A stretch of 64,000 bases of DNA, taken from the NCBI GenBank assembly GCA_964538435.1, contig CAZIDX010000001.1, positions 203,304 to 267,303 on the forward strand, in the 5' to 3' direction. The notes beneath the pieces were generated by a model. It worked only from the letters and a program-made list of their open reading frames with translations. It ran no database searches and was not told the DNA's origin. Made by a program: the position numbers and the translations under genes. Source of the DNA: an uncultured Gammaproteobacteria bacterium. GTDB taxonomy: Bacteria > Patescibacteriota > Patescibacteriia > UBA9934 > GWF2-40-263. This document shows positions 38,603 through 48,473 of this stretch, piece by piece (the stretch's first letter is position 1; each line of letters opens with the position of its first letter).

Positions 38603-39562
38603 CTACCCACGAACTACCGCGAAAACGATATATGCAATATAAAGCAGAATAAACAAGGCGCCAGTTCGCTTACCAATCTCATGTTTCTTTTCAGATTGCA
38701 ACAAAATAGCAAGCAAAAGCACCGTCACAACCATCACAGCGACGGCATCCATAATACTATCGTTTTTAAATGGAAGAGGATTCACAATCGCAGTTGCCCC
38801 AAGAACAAACAATGAGTTGAAAATAATCGTTCCAACAATTCCACCCACAACCAAATCAACATGCTTTTTCTTTGCAGCAGAAATCGCTGTTACAATCTCA
38901 GGCAAAGACGTTCCTGCTGCAACAACTGTAAGTCCAATCAAATTTTCTGACATACCAACCCCTGCCGCAATCCCAACCGCTGCTTCAACAGTAAGATAAC
39001 CACCGATCGCAAGCGCAGCAATTCCACCAAAGATCGAGCCAAACATCCTCCATGTTCCCATGGTTGGAATATGCTCCTGCGGCTGCTCTCCAGACTTTTT
39101 CACACCAAACGTATACACCAAGAAAATGAGGAAGAAGCTAAACAGTGCGATACCTTCTGCTCGAGTGATCGCATTTGGAAGAGTTCCATCTAAAAAGTAA
39201 TCGCTCCCGAACACAAGAATCATGAGTGCTCCCAAAAGTGAAAACGGAATCTCTTTCCAAACCGTCGCACTCTTCAAGCTCAGTGGCACAATGATCGCAG
39301 CGATTCCAAGCCCTAGCAAGATGTCAGCAAAGTTACTTCCCAAAACGTTTCCAATCGACAAATCCGTTGATCCCTGCGTTGCCGCAATGATGTTCACAAA
39401 AAGCTCTGGCGCTGACGTTCCAATCGAGATAATCGTCAAACCAACAATGAGCGCTGGCACACCCATCTTGCGCGCAAGCGATGCAGAACCTGCAACAAAA
39501 TAATCGGCTCCACGGATGAGCAGGAAGAAACCGACGATCACGAGAATAATGTTTGTCAACAT
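38603..39562 (-). CDS. calcium/sodium antiporter (YrbG family)
   Basis: GTSAPE and GTSLPE alpha repeats, GNVLGSN. Confidence 0.92.
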   Translation of the reverse strand: MLTNIILVIVGFFLLIRGADYFVAGSASLARKMGVPALIVGLTIISIGTSAPELFVNIIAATQGSTDLSIGNVLGSNFADILLGLGIAAIIVPLSLKSATVWKEIPFSLLGALMILVFGSDYFLDGTLPNAITRAEGIALFSFFLIFLVYTFGVKKSGEQPQEHIPTMGTWRMFGSIFGGIAALAIGGYLTVEAAVGIAAGVGMSENLIGLTVVAAGTSLPEIVTAISAAKKKHVDLVVGGIVGTIIFNSLFVLGATAIVNPLPFKNDSIMDAVAVMVVTVLLLAILLQSEKKHEIGKRTGALFILLYIAYIVFAVVRG

Positions 39563-39620
39563 ACGCAAGAAATTATATCATAGGGACGTGCAACTGATAA
39601 TAAATACGGGGATAACCGCT

Positions 39621-40409
39621 ATGGCCACAACACTCTTTAGTACGCTCACAGAAAAAGACAAGAGCGACGCAATCAAACGTCTCATTGATGAAAGCACACC
39701 GCGCGACGAATTCTTTCTCATGACCGTGCTTTCTGTTCTCATGGCAGCGTTTGGGCTTCTCATTGATAGCTCAGCCGTAATCATAGGGTCCATGCTGATC
39801 GCCCCACTTCTCTCACCAATCCTCGGTGTCTCACTCGGGGTTGTCATGGCAGACTCCAAGCTCATGATGCGCTCGCTCATCACAATCGGAAAAGCCTTGC
39901 TTTGGTCCATCCCAGCCGCTGCCGTCGTCACACTCCTGTTTGCAACACAAGTAGACCTTGGAACAGCAATGAATGGTGAAATCCTGGCTCGAACAGAAGT
40001 CTCGATTGTCTATATTGCAATCGCAGTCATCGCTGGTTTCGCAGCATCATTTGCACTGATCAAACCACAACTAAGTGCCACTCTCCCTGGAGTAGCGATC
40101 TCAGTCGCAATCATCCCTCCACTTGCTGTAACAGGAATCGGAATCGCCAACTTCAACTGGAACATGATCACCAGCTCATTCATCCTCTTCCTCATCAACG
40201 CAATCAGCATCGTCTTCGCCAGCATGATCGTATTCTCATTCATGAACCTCTACGTAAAACGAGCCGTTGCTGATAAAGCCATCGAAGAAGAGGATAAGGA
40301 ACTAGAAGCAGATAAAAAGAAAGCAGAAAAAGCCGCAGAGATCAGAAAAAAGCAAACCGACATTCTAGAAAAAGTCGACAAGGCACTAGAGAAAGCTGAA
40401 GAGGAATAA
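39621..40409 (+). CDS. DUF389/TIGR00341 membrane protein
   Basis: SSAVIIGSMLIAPLLSPI, LPGVAISVAIIPPL. Confidence 0.88.
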   Translation: MATTLFSTLTEKDKSDAIKRLIDESTPRDEFFLMTVLSVLMAAFGLLIDSSAVIIGSMLIAPLLSPILGVSLGVVMADSKLMMRSLITIGKALLWSIPAAAVVTLLFATQVDLGTAMNGEILARTEVSIVYIAIAVIAGFAASFALIKPQLSATLPGVAISVAIIPPLAVTGIGIANFNWNMITSSFILFLINAISIVFASMIVFSFMNLYVKRAVADKAIEEEDKELEADKKKAEKAAEIRKKQTDILEKVDKALEKAEEE

Positions 40410-40445
40410 ACAAACTAAAAAAGAGCCCCACGGCTCTTTTTCTTA

Positions 40446-40474
40446 TTGCAGAGAAAGTGTTTCTTCTGTATAGT
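40446..40474 (+). promoter_or_regulatory. sigma70 promoter of tRNA-Ser
   Basis: TTGCAG-17 nt-TATAGT with extended TG. Confidence 0.7.
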
Positions 40475-40489
40475 TTCACGCGTAAATAT

Positions 40490-40577
40490 GGAGAGGTGGC
40501 CGAGTGGTTTAAGGCGCACGCTTGGAAAGCGTGTTGAGTGAAAGCTCACGCAGGTTCGAATCCTGTCCTCTCCGCCA
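40490..40577 (+). tRNA. tRNA-Ser(GGA)
   Basis: GGAGAGG/CCTCTCC acceptor, CACGC-TTGGAAA-GCGTG anticodon arm, long variable arm, encoded CCA. Confidence 0.97.
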
Positions 40578-40790
40578 AAAAAAGAACCTTAAACATCTTG
40601 AGGTTCTTTTTGTTTTTTCATTCATATCTTCATACCATCCATTGTTCGTGCAATAACACAAGCCACCACCCCCCAAAGGGAACCAAACCAGCAACACAAT
40701 CCCGACACCCACATACACACCCTGAAAGAATTAATGAGTTCATTCTATTGGAAAAGCCTCACGCCGTATACGTGAGACTGAGCAGGATAG

Positions 40791-41066
40791 CTACTTGAGG
40801 AACGCGTCGACCACAGCATCGATGATGCCAGGCTTTTTCCGACGATCAGCAGCCTGCTGCTTTGCGATCCTGGTATTCGACTCGATCCGACCACGGCGTT
40901 CCATGGCCTTATGAGCCTTCGAGTCGTTGCACGAACAACGCTTGCTCCCGTAGTTGCTGGGAATCTGACCACCGATGCACTTTTTGCATCCACACGCACA
41001 TCCACACACACCCATTCTTCTCTCCTTTGCAGCTTTTGCTGCTTTTTGGGCTGTCTTCTCTCTCAT
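40791..41066 (-). CDS. small basic Cys-rich hypothetical protein
   Basis: MREKTAQK..., CGCACGCKKC...CSC. Confidence 0.5.
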   Translation of the reverse strand: MREKTAQKAAKAAKERRMGVCGCACGCKKCIGGQIPSNYGSKRCSCNDSKAHKAMERRGRIESNTRIAKQQAADRRKKPGIIDAVVDAFLK

Positions 41067-41253
41067 TACCAATCTATCAAGACCACAAAAACTAACAATC
41101 ATATCCGTTTTATTGTTGTGGATTGCTAGATTTTAGCACTCATGCTAGCGTAAAAAACAACGGGGAATCCCGTCGTTAGATATCTGAATCCACTTCGTAC
41201 CTACGAAATAATTTCACCATTTTTGCTTTTCACCCCCTCAAACCAACCATCAT

Positions 41254-42108
41254 ATGCAAACATTCCGCCATTACTCCAAGAAACTCAAAGAGCTTGGAAT
41301 GTCCGCGCGCGTAAGCGAGGTTTACCTTGCCCTGCTACATGAAGGTGTAACTGGCGCTGCAAAAGTAGCAAGAAAACTAGATCGTCCCAAAAGCTCAGTG
41401 CTTGATGACCTCAACTGGCTCGCATCAAAGGGTTTTGTGTCACGGCACAAGAAACGTAACACCTTTATGTTTGATGCCGACCCTTCCCTTCTTCAAATCA
41501 GCATCAAAAAACAACGCCGCGAACTTGAAAACCTTGAAGAAAAAGCCGGACGCCTTGCGGCAGAACTTGACACAATGTATCAACTCCCGAGCAAAAAGCC
41601 ACAAATTGAATACCTCGATGGCAAAGATGGAGTCAAGGCAGCCTTCCAAGACATTCTCAGGCACCCAGGCACTGAACTTGTCGGGTACGGCGACATTCAA
41701 TCAGAGCTCGATGCATTCCCCAAACTCTTTCCCGGCTACTATAAAATGCGTGCCCGAAATCGCATTGGTGGGAACGGCATCCTCCCAGCCTCCCCAGCCT
41801 CACTCAAAGAATGTTGGAGCAACGACGAAAAACATCTTCGCAAAACCAGATTTGTGAATCTAGACAAGTATCACCCCATTGGTTTTTACGTCTACGAAGA
41901 CAATGTCTCCATCATCTCACTCAACGAACTCTTCGCAGTAATCATCCGCTCTCGCCCTGCTGCCCGCTGTCTGCACACCATGTTCAAACTTGCACTTAAA
42001 GGAGCAGAAACAGAAGATCAGGAAATCCGCGACTGGATTGAAAACATTGGCATCAATGAAGCCATCAAACAAAATCAGGTAGAATTTGATAAAATCAAAT
42101 CACTATGA
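41254..42108 (+). CDS. TrmB-family transcriptional regulator
   Basis: LKELGMS...VYLALL wHTH; IEYLDGKDGV; IIRS...MFKL. Confidence 0.8.
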   Translation: MQTFRHYSKKLKELGMSARVSEVYLALLHEGVTGAAKVARKLDRPKSSVLDDLNWLASKGFVSRHKKRNTFMFDADPSLLQISIKKQRRELENLEEKAGRLAAELDTMYQLPSKKPQIEYLDGKDGVKAAFQDILRHPGTELVGYGDIQSELDAFPKLFPGYYKMRARNRIGGNGILPASPASLKECWSNDEKHLRKTRFVNLDKYHPIGFYVYEDNVSIISLNELFAVIIRSRPAARCLHTMFKLALKGAETEDQEIRDWIENIGINEAIKQNQVEFDKIKSL

Positions 42109-42677
42109 ACATTGCAATCGACATCGACGAAGTGTTAGCCCAGTTCCTGCAGGGAGTAATCGACTATCACAATCACACCTATAAAACCAATCTCGTTGCT
42201 GATCAATTCAAATCTTACTATTTTTGGGAGACCTGGGGCGGCACTCGAGAACAAGCCATAAAGAAAGTTGCTGACTTTTCAAAATCCGACTTTTACACAA
42301 ACATCAAACCTGTTGACGGCGCGCAAGAAGCAATTCAAACACTCAAACAGAACCATTCACTTTTTGTTGTAACCGCAAGACCTGAAACCATGGAAAAGGA
42401 AACCTTGTCTTGGCTCAACAGACACTTCCCAGACTGTTTTCAAGAGGTGGTATTTACCAACCATTGGGCTGATGGTTGTGAAGCAATTTCAAAAGGAGAT
42501 GTGTGCGACCGATTTGGTGCAGAGCTCCACATCGAGGACAATATCGACTATGCAAAAGAGTGTCTGAATGGGAAACGACACGTTCTCCTCATGGACCAGC
42601 CCTGGAACCAATCAAACTCTCTCCCAGACGGCGTAACCCGCGTTTTTTCCTGGGAGGAAATCCTAAAACTCATATAA
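42105..42677 (+). CDS. 5'(3')-deoxyribonucleotidase (HAD, NT5C-like)
   Basis: IAIDIDEVL, VVTAR, HIEDN, QPWN. Confidence 0.85.
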   Translation: MNIAIDIDEVLAQFLQGVIDYHNHTYKTNLVADQFKSYYFWETWGGTREQAIKKVADFSKSDFYTNIKPVDGAQEAIQTLKQNHSLFVVTARPETMEKETLSWLNRHFPDCFQEVVFTNHWADGCEAISKGDVCDRFGAELHIEDNIDYAKECLNGKRHVLLMDQPWNQSNSLPDGVTRVFSWEEILKLI

Positions 42678-42793
42678 AACAAAGAACTCCCAAATGGAAG
42701 TCTTGCCCGCCAGAGCTACAGCGACGGAGGGTTTTGGATTGACAAATCTCCCCAAACAAGGCTAAATCTAGTCGTGAAACACTGGGAGGAATC

Positions 42794-43240
42794 GTGGAAA
42801 TTCTCAAATCCGTCTTGTTCATCGAGTTCCTGGTCGACTGGCCCCTTGGCACGTTCATGGCCCTGCTCATCTATGCAGGCATCCTGGGCGGCATCTCGTT
42901 CCTGATCTACTGGATCTACACCGAGCTCAACGAATACAACCGCCCGGCCATCCGCGGTCCGGCCGTCATCATCAGCAAGACCTTCATTGCTGCACACCCT
43001 CAACTCGTACCTGACTTCAACTCGTCAGATGGAACTGTGGAGATGATCCGTGTCAACATTCCAGACCATTGGTATATCACCATCATGGTCAAAGGTTCAG
43101 TGCCTCTGCAAGGATCAATCTCTGTAGCGCAACACCTCTACGAATCCGTCGAGGAAGGCCAAGTGGTGGAAGCTCTCTACTACATCACGCGATTCTCCCA
43201 CGAGCTCAAACCCCAAGAACTCTACCAGACCGCGGCGTAG
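42794..43240 (+). CDS. membrane-anchored hypothetical protein
   Basis: GGAGG SD, TM then beta-rich domain; paralogous to next gene. Confidence 0.65.
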   Translation: MEILKSVLFIEFLVDWPLGTFMALLIYAGILGGISFLIYWIYTELNEYNRPAIRGPAVIISKTFIAAHPQLVPDFNSSDGTVEMIRVNIPDHWYITIMVKGSVPLQGSISVAQHLYESVEEGQVVEALYYITRFSHELKPQELYQTAA

Positions 43241-43249
43241 GAGAAGAAC

Positions 43250-43708
43250 ATGAGGCTGCTCGATAACATCTTCATGGTCGCCATCTCAACCCTGGTCTGG
43301 GGCCTCATCGCGTACATGTGCCTCAAAGCGTTCCTGTGGCTCTTCAACAAGGCCGATGGATACAAGCGCCCGACCATCAAGACCAACGCCAAAGTCACTG
43401 GCAAGAGAATCATCCCAGCCCATGTCAAACAAGTGACTGACTGGGACTACGAGCACGATGTTCCACACGACTTCGAAGTCGAAGTGCCTGACAAGCACAT
43501 CCTCGAAGTCATCATCAACGAAAAGCCTGCGGAAACCTCCGTAACGAGCGTGCTCTACCCACGCATCAAGACCGGTGATGAGATCCCTGTCTACTACAGC
43601 ACAGGCCGAATCACCAAAAAGATCGTGAGTGCAGAACCCATCTGGCCAAAGCTCTTCAAGCGCTTCCCAGCCCCAAAAACCCACTCAGACTCCCCACCCG
43701 CGGCATGA
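43250..43708 (+). CDS. membrane-anchored hypothetical protein
   Basis: AGGAG SD; shares Y.RP.I...K..I.AH...D...PD pattern with the preceding gene. Confidence 0.65.
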   Translation: MRLLDNIFMVAISTLVWGLIAYMCLKAFLWLFNKADGYKRPTIKTNAKVTGKRIIPAHVKQVTDWDYEHDVPHDFEVEVPDKHILEVIINEKPAETSVTSVLYPRIKTGDEIPVYYSTGRITKKIVSAEPIWPKLFKRFPAPKTHSDSPPAA

Positions 43709-43729
43709 CCCACGCAAGCCATGCCACCC

Positions 43730-43765
43730 CCCGCCATAGCTCGCCAGAGCGACGGCGGGTTTTCT
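43730..43765 (+). terminator. terminator / REP-like hairpin
   Basis: CCCGCC-ATAGCTCGCCAGAGCGAC-GGCGGG-TTTTCT. Confidence 0.65.
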
Positions 43766-43831
43766 AATTGAAAAACCCCTCGTCCGGAGACTCAGGGTTC
43801 GTTGTGCTCGGTGCGTCCGAACACTCTGGAT

Positions 43832-44680
43832 CTACAGATCCGTGACCAACTCCTCGTACCCAGCCTCGCGCGCGGCGCGCTTGAGACGAAGCAAGTTGAG
43901 CTTGTCCACGTTGACCAGGACCTTGCCGATCGTGTCCTTGTTGACCCGGTCGTTGGGCACATAGCCGGCCATGTGGTTGAGGTAGAACTGGGCCACCTCG
44001 GGCGACTCGAACGTGTAGCCGTGCCGCGCCAGGATGCCGTTGTAGACCAGGTGCAGCTCCTCGTACGTCAGCGGCGCGAGCCACTCGACCTCGAGCTTGT
44101 TGCCATCAGCCACCCAGTCCATCAGGGCCAGAGGCGTGGCCTCGAACACGAAGTGGGGGTGTTCGGACTCGATGCTCTCGTACAGAGCCACGATCACGAA
44201 CTCGCGCTCCTCGGGCACCTCGGTCTCGCACTCGCAGTCCTCGAGGGGAAGCGCGCTGTCTCCCATGGGCTCATACTCGAACTGATCCCAGAAGGCCGTG
44301 CACTTGTGATGCTCCTCGGCCGCGAGGATCGCCTTCACCGCAGCATGGTCGTTGGGCGACATGAGCTGTTCGACCGTCTCGGACGTCACGGACTCGTCGC
44401 GCTGGTAGCGCTCCTCACCGATGAAGTGCTCGAGCACCCATTCGTTCGTGAACGCGAACCCGTGCCGCGCGTACACCGCGTTGCGCAGGATGCGCAGCTG
44501 CAAGCACTCGAACCGTTCCATGTTGTCCAGCTCGGTGAGCCGACCGTTCATGAGCAGGTCGTACGTGATGCTCAGATCCGCCTCACGCTCCTTGAGCTCA
44601 GCTTCTGCGGTCACACCCATCACACTCGCCGGCAGCATCGCTGCCAACACCATTCCGATCACCAGAACCAGCTCCCGCAT
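43832..44680 (-). CDS. secreted protein with two YARHG domains
   Basis: LRILRNAVYARHGFAF and LHLVYNGILARHGYTF; signal peptide; TTGACA-17-TATATT promoter at 44721-44749. Confidence 0.85.
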   Translation of the reverse strand: MRELVLVIGMVLAAMLPASVMGVTAEAELKEREADLSITYDLLMNGRLTELDNMERFECLQLRILRNAVYARHGFAFTNEWVLEHFIGEERYQRDESVTSETVEQLMSPNDHAAVKAILAAEEHHKCTAFWDQFEYEPMGDSALPLEDCECETEVPEEREFVIVALYESIESEHPHFVFEATPLALMDWVADGNKLEVEWLAPLTYEELHLVYNGILARHGYTFESPEVAQFYLNHMAGYVPNDRVNKDTIGKVLVNVDKLNLLRLKRAAREAGYEELVTDL

Positions 44681-44785
44681 GGCTCCTCCTTCCTTGTTGT
44701 TTCTCGTGGATCGAGGGATAAATATACAATATCCACCCTATTTTGTCAACACATGAACCACCAAATCTGCTATACTTAATGCAGT

Positions 44786-45100
44786 ATGCCAAGTCGCACA
44801 CCTGCTCTTCATCACAAACACAGGAGGACCGAAAAACGAGCTGATCATCCTGTGATTGATAAGCTCATTTATTTTGCAGCAATTTTCAGCCCAGCAATGA
44901 CACTAGATCAACTTTGGATCATCTGGGTTGATCAAAACGTAGCAGGCATCTCTTTGCTCACCTGGCTCTCATACACGATCGTGACCTTCATTTGGCTTGC
45001 CTACGGCATCGCACACAAAGAACGCGTCATCATTCTCAGCAACATCATCTGGATCATCATTGACCTTCTTATTGTGTTTGGTGTCATCCTGTACCAATAA
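44786..45100 (+). CDS. PQ-loop/SemiSWEET-like small transporter
   Basis: Three TMs; VAGISLLTW, WLAYGI, IILSN. Confidence 0.75.
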   Translation: MPSRTPALHHKHRRTEKRADHPVIDKLIYFAAIFSPAMTLDQLWIIWVDQNVAGISLLTWLSYTIVTFIWLAYGIAHKERVIILSNIIWIIIDLLIVFGVILYQ

Positions 45101-45102
45101 CT

Positions 45103-45846
45103 ATGTTCGAACTCTCAACCCTCATCTTTGTAGGAATCATCTTCCTGATCGTGTCGTTTATTAAAGGTGCTACAGGTTTTGGGTTTGGACTGCTCGCACT
45201 CCCGCTCCTCCTCCTCTTTCTCCCACCAGAAACAGCCATCCCTCTCATCCTGGGTCTTGCATTTGTCATTGAAGCAACGCTCCTACCGTCTACGCGAGGA
45301 CACGCTCACATAAAACGCGTCTCACCGCTTGTTATTGGAGGTGTGATCGGAGTTCCATTCGGCTTCTACGTTGTTGACCTTCTTCCATCTCACGTTATCG
45401 GGCTCATCGTAAGCATTCTCATTACAACAGTTGGCGTTCTCATCATCACAAAGAAACTATCCCGCATTCCTGACAACGCAAATCACAGAACAATCGTTGG
45501 ATTCTTTAGCGGTGCCATCCACGGAGCCTCATCTCTTGCAGGCCCCTTCCTTGCAAGCTACCTCGAAGGTGCAGGAGAAAAAAAAGATGACTTTCACGCT
45601 GACATGGTTATCAGCACACTCTTCCTAAGCCTCACAGCCGTGCTCTTCTTTGGAACAGGAGGATATTTTTCTCCTGACATCCTCATGTCCGTAGCGATCA
45701 TGATTCCAGTTGTATTTATCGGCAGCCTATTGGGTGTTGTTTTCGAACACAAAACAAAACAAAAAAGCTTCCACCTAGTTGTTTTATCTATGATAATCTT
45801 CGCGGGACTTCTTTCTTTAGGCTCTCAACTGTACACACTTTTCTAA
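45103..45846 (+). CDS. TauE/SafE family membrane protein
   Basis: FIKGATGFGFGL, GFFSG..G...GP. Confidence 0.85.
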   Translation: MFELSTLIFVGIIFLIVSFIKGATGFGFGLLALPLLLLFLPPETAIPLILGLAFVIEATLLPSTRGHAHIKRVSPLVIGGVIGVPFGFYVVDLLPSHVIGLIVSILITTVGVLIITKKLSRIPDNANHRTIVGFFSGAIHGASSLAGPFLASYLEGAGEKKDDFHADMVISTLFLSLTAVLFFGTGGYFSPDILMSVAIMIPVVFIGSLLGVVFEHKTKQKSFHLVVLSMIIFAGLLSLGSQLYTLF

Positions 45847-45916
45847 AAACAAAACTCAAGCCACCCACACAAGCGCTTGACGCTTGTCTTTTTTTAAGAG
45901 ATTCTAAAATAAAGGT

Positions 45917-46315
45917 ATGAAACGTGTGCTTGCAAAACCCATAAAAGACACACCAAACAACCTTATGAAAAGCGTTGGCTATGTTCGGCATTGCACAGAA
46001 GCTGGGCGCGCCTGCTTTCACAGACCCTTGCATGACATCCCTTTTCCTAGATTCCACGCCTACACCGAAAACACGAAAGAAGGCTTAGAAATTGATCTCC
46101 ACTTTGACCAGTTTGACCCAATCAAACACAAAGGAAATCACGACAAAGAGTGGGCCTATTCTGGAAGTCGTGTAAGAAACGAAATGAAACGAATCTTCGA
46201 AGAATTCAAAGGTGAATCAAAAATCGGCAAAATCAACCAGTCAGTCTCTCGAAAAAAAACTTCTTTTAAAAAACCTCCGAAAAAGAAAAGTTTGTTCGAA
46301 ATCCTTTTCAAATAA
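45917..46315 (+). CDS. hypothetical protein
   Basis: FPRFHAY...IDLHFDQ; paralogue of next gene. Confidence 0.7.
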   Translation: MKRVLAKPIKDTPNNLMKSVGYVRHCTEAGRACFHRPLHDIPFPRFHAYTENTKEGLEIDLHFDQFDPIKHKGNHDKEWAYSGSRVRNEMKRIFEEFKGESKIGKINQSVSRKKTSFKKPPKKKSLFEILFK

Positions 46316-46317
46316 TT

Positions 46318-46689
46318 ATGAAAACATTTTTCCCAGGACCACTTCCAGATCACACAAGAAATATTCTCAGGCGCCTAGGCTATGCCGAGCAGCGCACCCG
46401 AGCCGGACAAATCAGCTACACAAAACGTGCTGGAGGCGATCGATTCCCTCGCTACCATGTCTATGCAGAAGATAAAGACGGAGGCATGCAGGTCAACCTT
46501 CACCTCGATCAAAAAGAAGCAAGCTACTCAGGCACCTCAGCGCATGCAGGCGAATACGAAGGACCTCTTGTAGAAAAAGAAATGCACCGCATCAAGCAGT
46601 TTGTTAAGGGGCTCAAGAACGCACCACAATCAAAACCACAGCAAAAAACAGACGACAAGAGCGGGTTCTGGGGAAACTTATTTGGATAA
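46318..46689 (+). CDS. hypothetical protein
   Basis: FPRYHVY...VNLHLDQ...HAGEYEG. Confidence 0.75.
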   Translation: MKTFFPGPLPDHTRNILRRLGYAEQRTRAGQISYTKRAGGDRFPRYHVYAEDKDGGMQVNLHLDQKEASYSGTSAHAGEYEGPLVEKEMHRIKQFVKGLKNAPQSKPQQKTDDKSGFWGNLFG

Positions 46690-46726
46690 TAAAAAAACGG
46701 GATCAACTCCCGTTTTTGATTTATTG

Positions 46727-47621
46727 TTATATTCGATGAATGTTATTTTCTTGATCAAACTCCCTTAAACGTCGGACCAACTCTTTCACCTGACTGTCAA
46801 CATTTTCAAGTTTAACATTGTTTTGCAAAAACCTTATCGCAGACATTACAAGAGTATCACTAGATTTTTCAAGATTTAATTTGCTTAACACTTCTACCTG
46901 CCTTTCACTTCCTCCATAAACCGAAACTCTATCTAAATCTCCAATAATTGTGTCCACCTCACCTGTATCTTTCGTAAGAATAAAAAAAGCACAATCATCA
47001 TCAAGATTAACCCCGTTCTCAGCTGACTTTACAGCAATCTCAAATAAACCATCTATCCATTCTTGAAAATTCTTAACTTCTTCAATTCGCTCCTGACCAA
47101 AATCCTCAACACTCTCTGTGCCTTCATTCCACACATTCACCAAAACTGTTTCGTTTGAATTTCCATTTGTCATAAGAACACGCGGTGCATTCTTTTCCAG
47201 TCTATAAGTATTAAATACCGGTATACCAATATCTTTTAGTTTTTGATGTGTTTCAACAGCACGCTTTGCTGCATTTCGCCGAATCTCAGGTCTATCTCCT
47301 AAATAGAGTCCCCTCAGAATAATCTTTAATGACACCTTTATACTCCTTTGCTCTACCCTCCTTACCCGGCACCTCAAGATCAGCTTCATAAATCGCTCCA
47401 TACTGCCCGCTTGCCAAATAACGTTCTTTTTTCACGACAACCGCCGTCCCTCCATCAGTATCAAATACAATGTTCTCTCTTTCTTTTCTTGGTTTAACAT
47501 AAACCTCTTCTTTTGTTGGGGGCTTATTAGAAACCTCAACTTCACTACCCTCCTCATTTTCATCAAAAACAACCTCAATAGCCGCTTCCTCTGGAATAAA
47601 CTTTTCTTGACCTTCGATCAT
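46727..47621 (-). pseudogene. protein-kinase-like gene split by a 1-nt frameshift
   Basis: LASGQYGAIY and VIK in one frame; GIPV..RVLMT..IGDLD in the next; G run at 47310-47313. Confidence 0.55.
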
Positions 47622-47656
47622 AAAACAATATCAAAGCCTTATTAAATAATACTACC

Positions 47657-48412
47657 TTACAAAAATCTCCACATCGCATCAAACACCATCTGCTGAGTCG
47701 TGGCAATCGCCTCGTCTTCAATAATCACCCCAAACAACTCCCTCCGCTCATCAACAGACACAAATGCCGTCTTTCCAGGATACATAAATACATACGACGG
47801 CGCTGCCTCATCTTCAGTAAGCCACTTACGCTCATCAAGCCCATACGTGCGTCCACCTTTCCCAATCGAGATCGTGCGAACACCCACACCTTGGCGAATC
47901 CGTTTTTTAATGAACCCTGGCCACGCACTTGCAATCAAACCACGAACACCTTCAGAAGAATAAATCCGAAATCGTTTCTCTTCAGATGATTCACAAACCT
48001 TAAGCACATCCTCAAGAATCTCTCGAACACCACTTGATCCCTCGTAATACCTCACACTTGGTCGATGCTTGCTCCGTCCAAGGACTAGCTGCAAATCAGG
48101 GATCACCTCACGAATCTTCTCACGAGCTTCTTGCACAGCAACCTCTCGCCGCGTTGCAAGACCAGAAAGTTTTTGCGGATCCTCAGCAGTAAAATAACGA
48201 TGAGTCTTTGCATCAACATAACTCACAAGCCCAGCATCTAATAGATGCTTAAGTGCATCATACGCAGTCCCTCGATTAAGCCCTGCTTCCTCTGCAATCC
48301 TGCGAAGCGGTGCTGTTCCAAGCTCAAGCAAAGCTGTATAAACCTGCATATCTTTTTCTTTGAGGCCAATAAGCTCCAAAGTCCGTGCATTTAGTGTAAT
48401 TTTCTTCGACAT
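47657..48412 (-). CDS. TrmB-family transcriptional regulator
   Basis: LELIGL...VYTALLELG, RGTAYDALKHL, VRYYEG, FDAMW. Confidence 0.85.
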   Translation of the reverse strand: MSKKITLNARTLELIGLKEKDMQVYTALLELGTAPLRRIAEEAGLNRGTAYDALKHLLDAGLVSYVDAKTHRYFTAEDPQKLSGLATRREVAVQEAREKIREVIPDLQLVLGRSKHRPSVRYYEGSSGVREILEDVLKVCESSEEKRFRIYSSEGVRGLIASAWPGFIKKRIRQGVGVRTISIGKGGRTYGLDERKWLTEDEAAPSYVFMYPGKTAFVSVDERRELFGVIIEDEAIATTQQMVFDAMWRFL

Positions 48413-48473
48413 AAATAAGAAATAATCAAAAACACCCTTTTCTAAGGGTATTTTCTTTGCTCTTCTCTGTCAA

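Noticed and set aside
41133-41141. CIRCE element TTAGCACTC
   Set aside because: Second half-site GAGTGCTAA absent; no chaperone genes adjacent
43802-44779. 325-aa plus-strand ORF
   Set aside because: Antisense shadow of the YARHG gene
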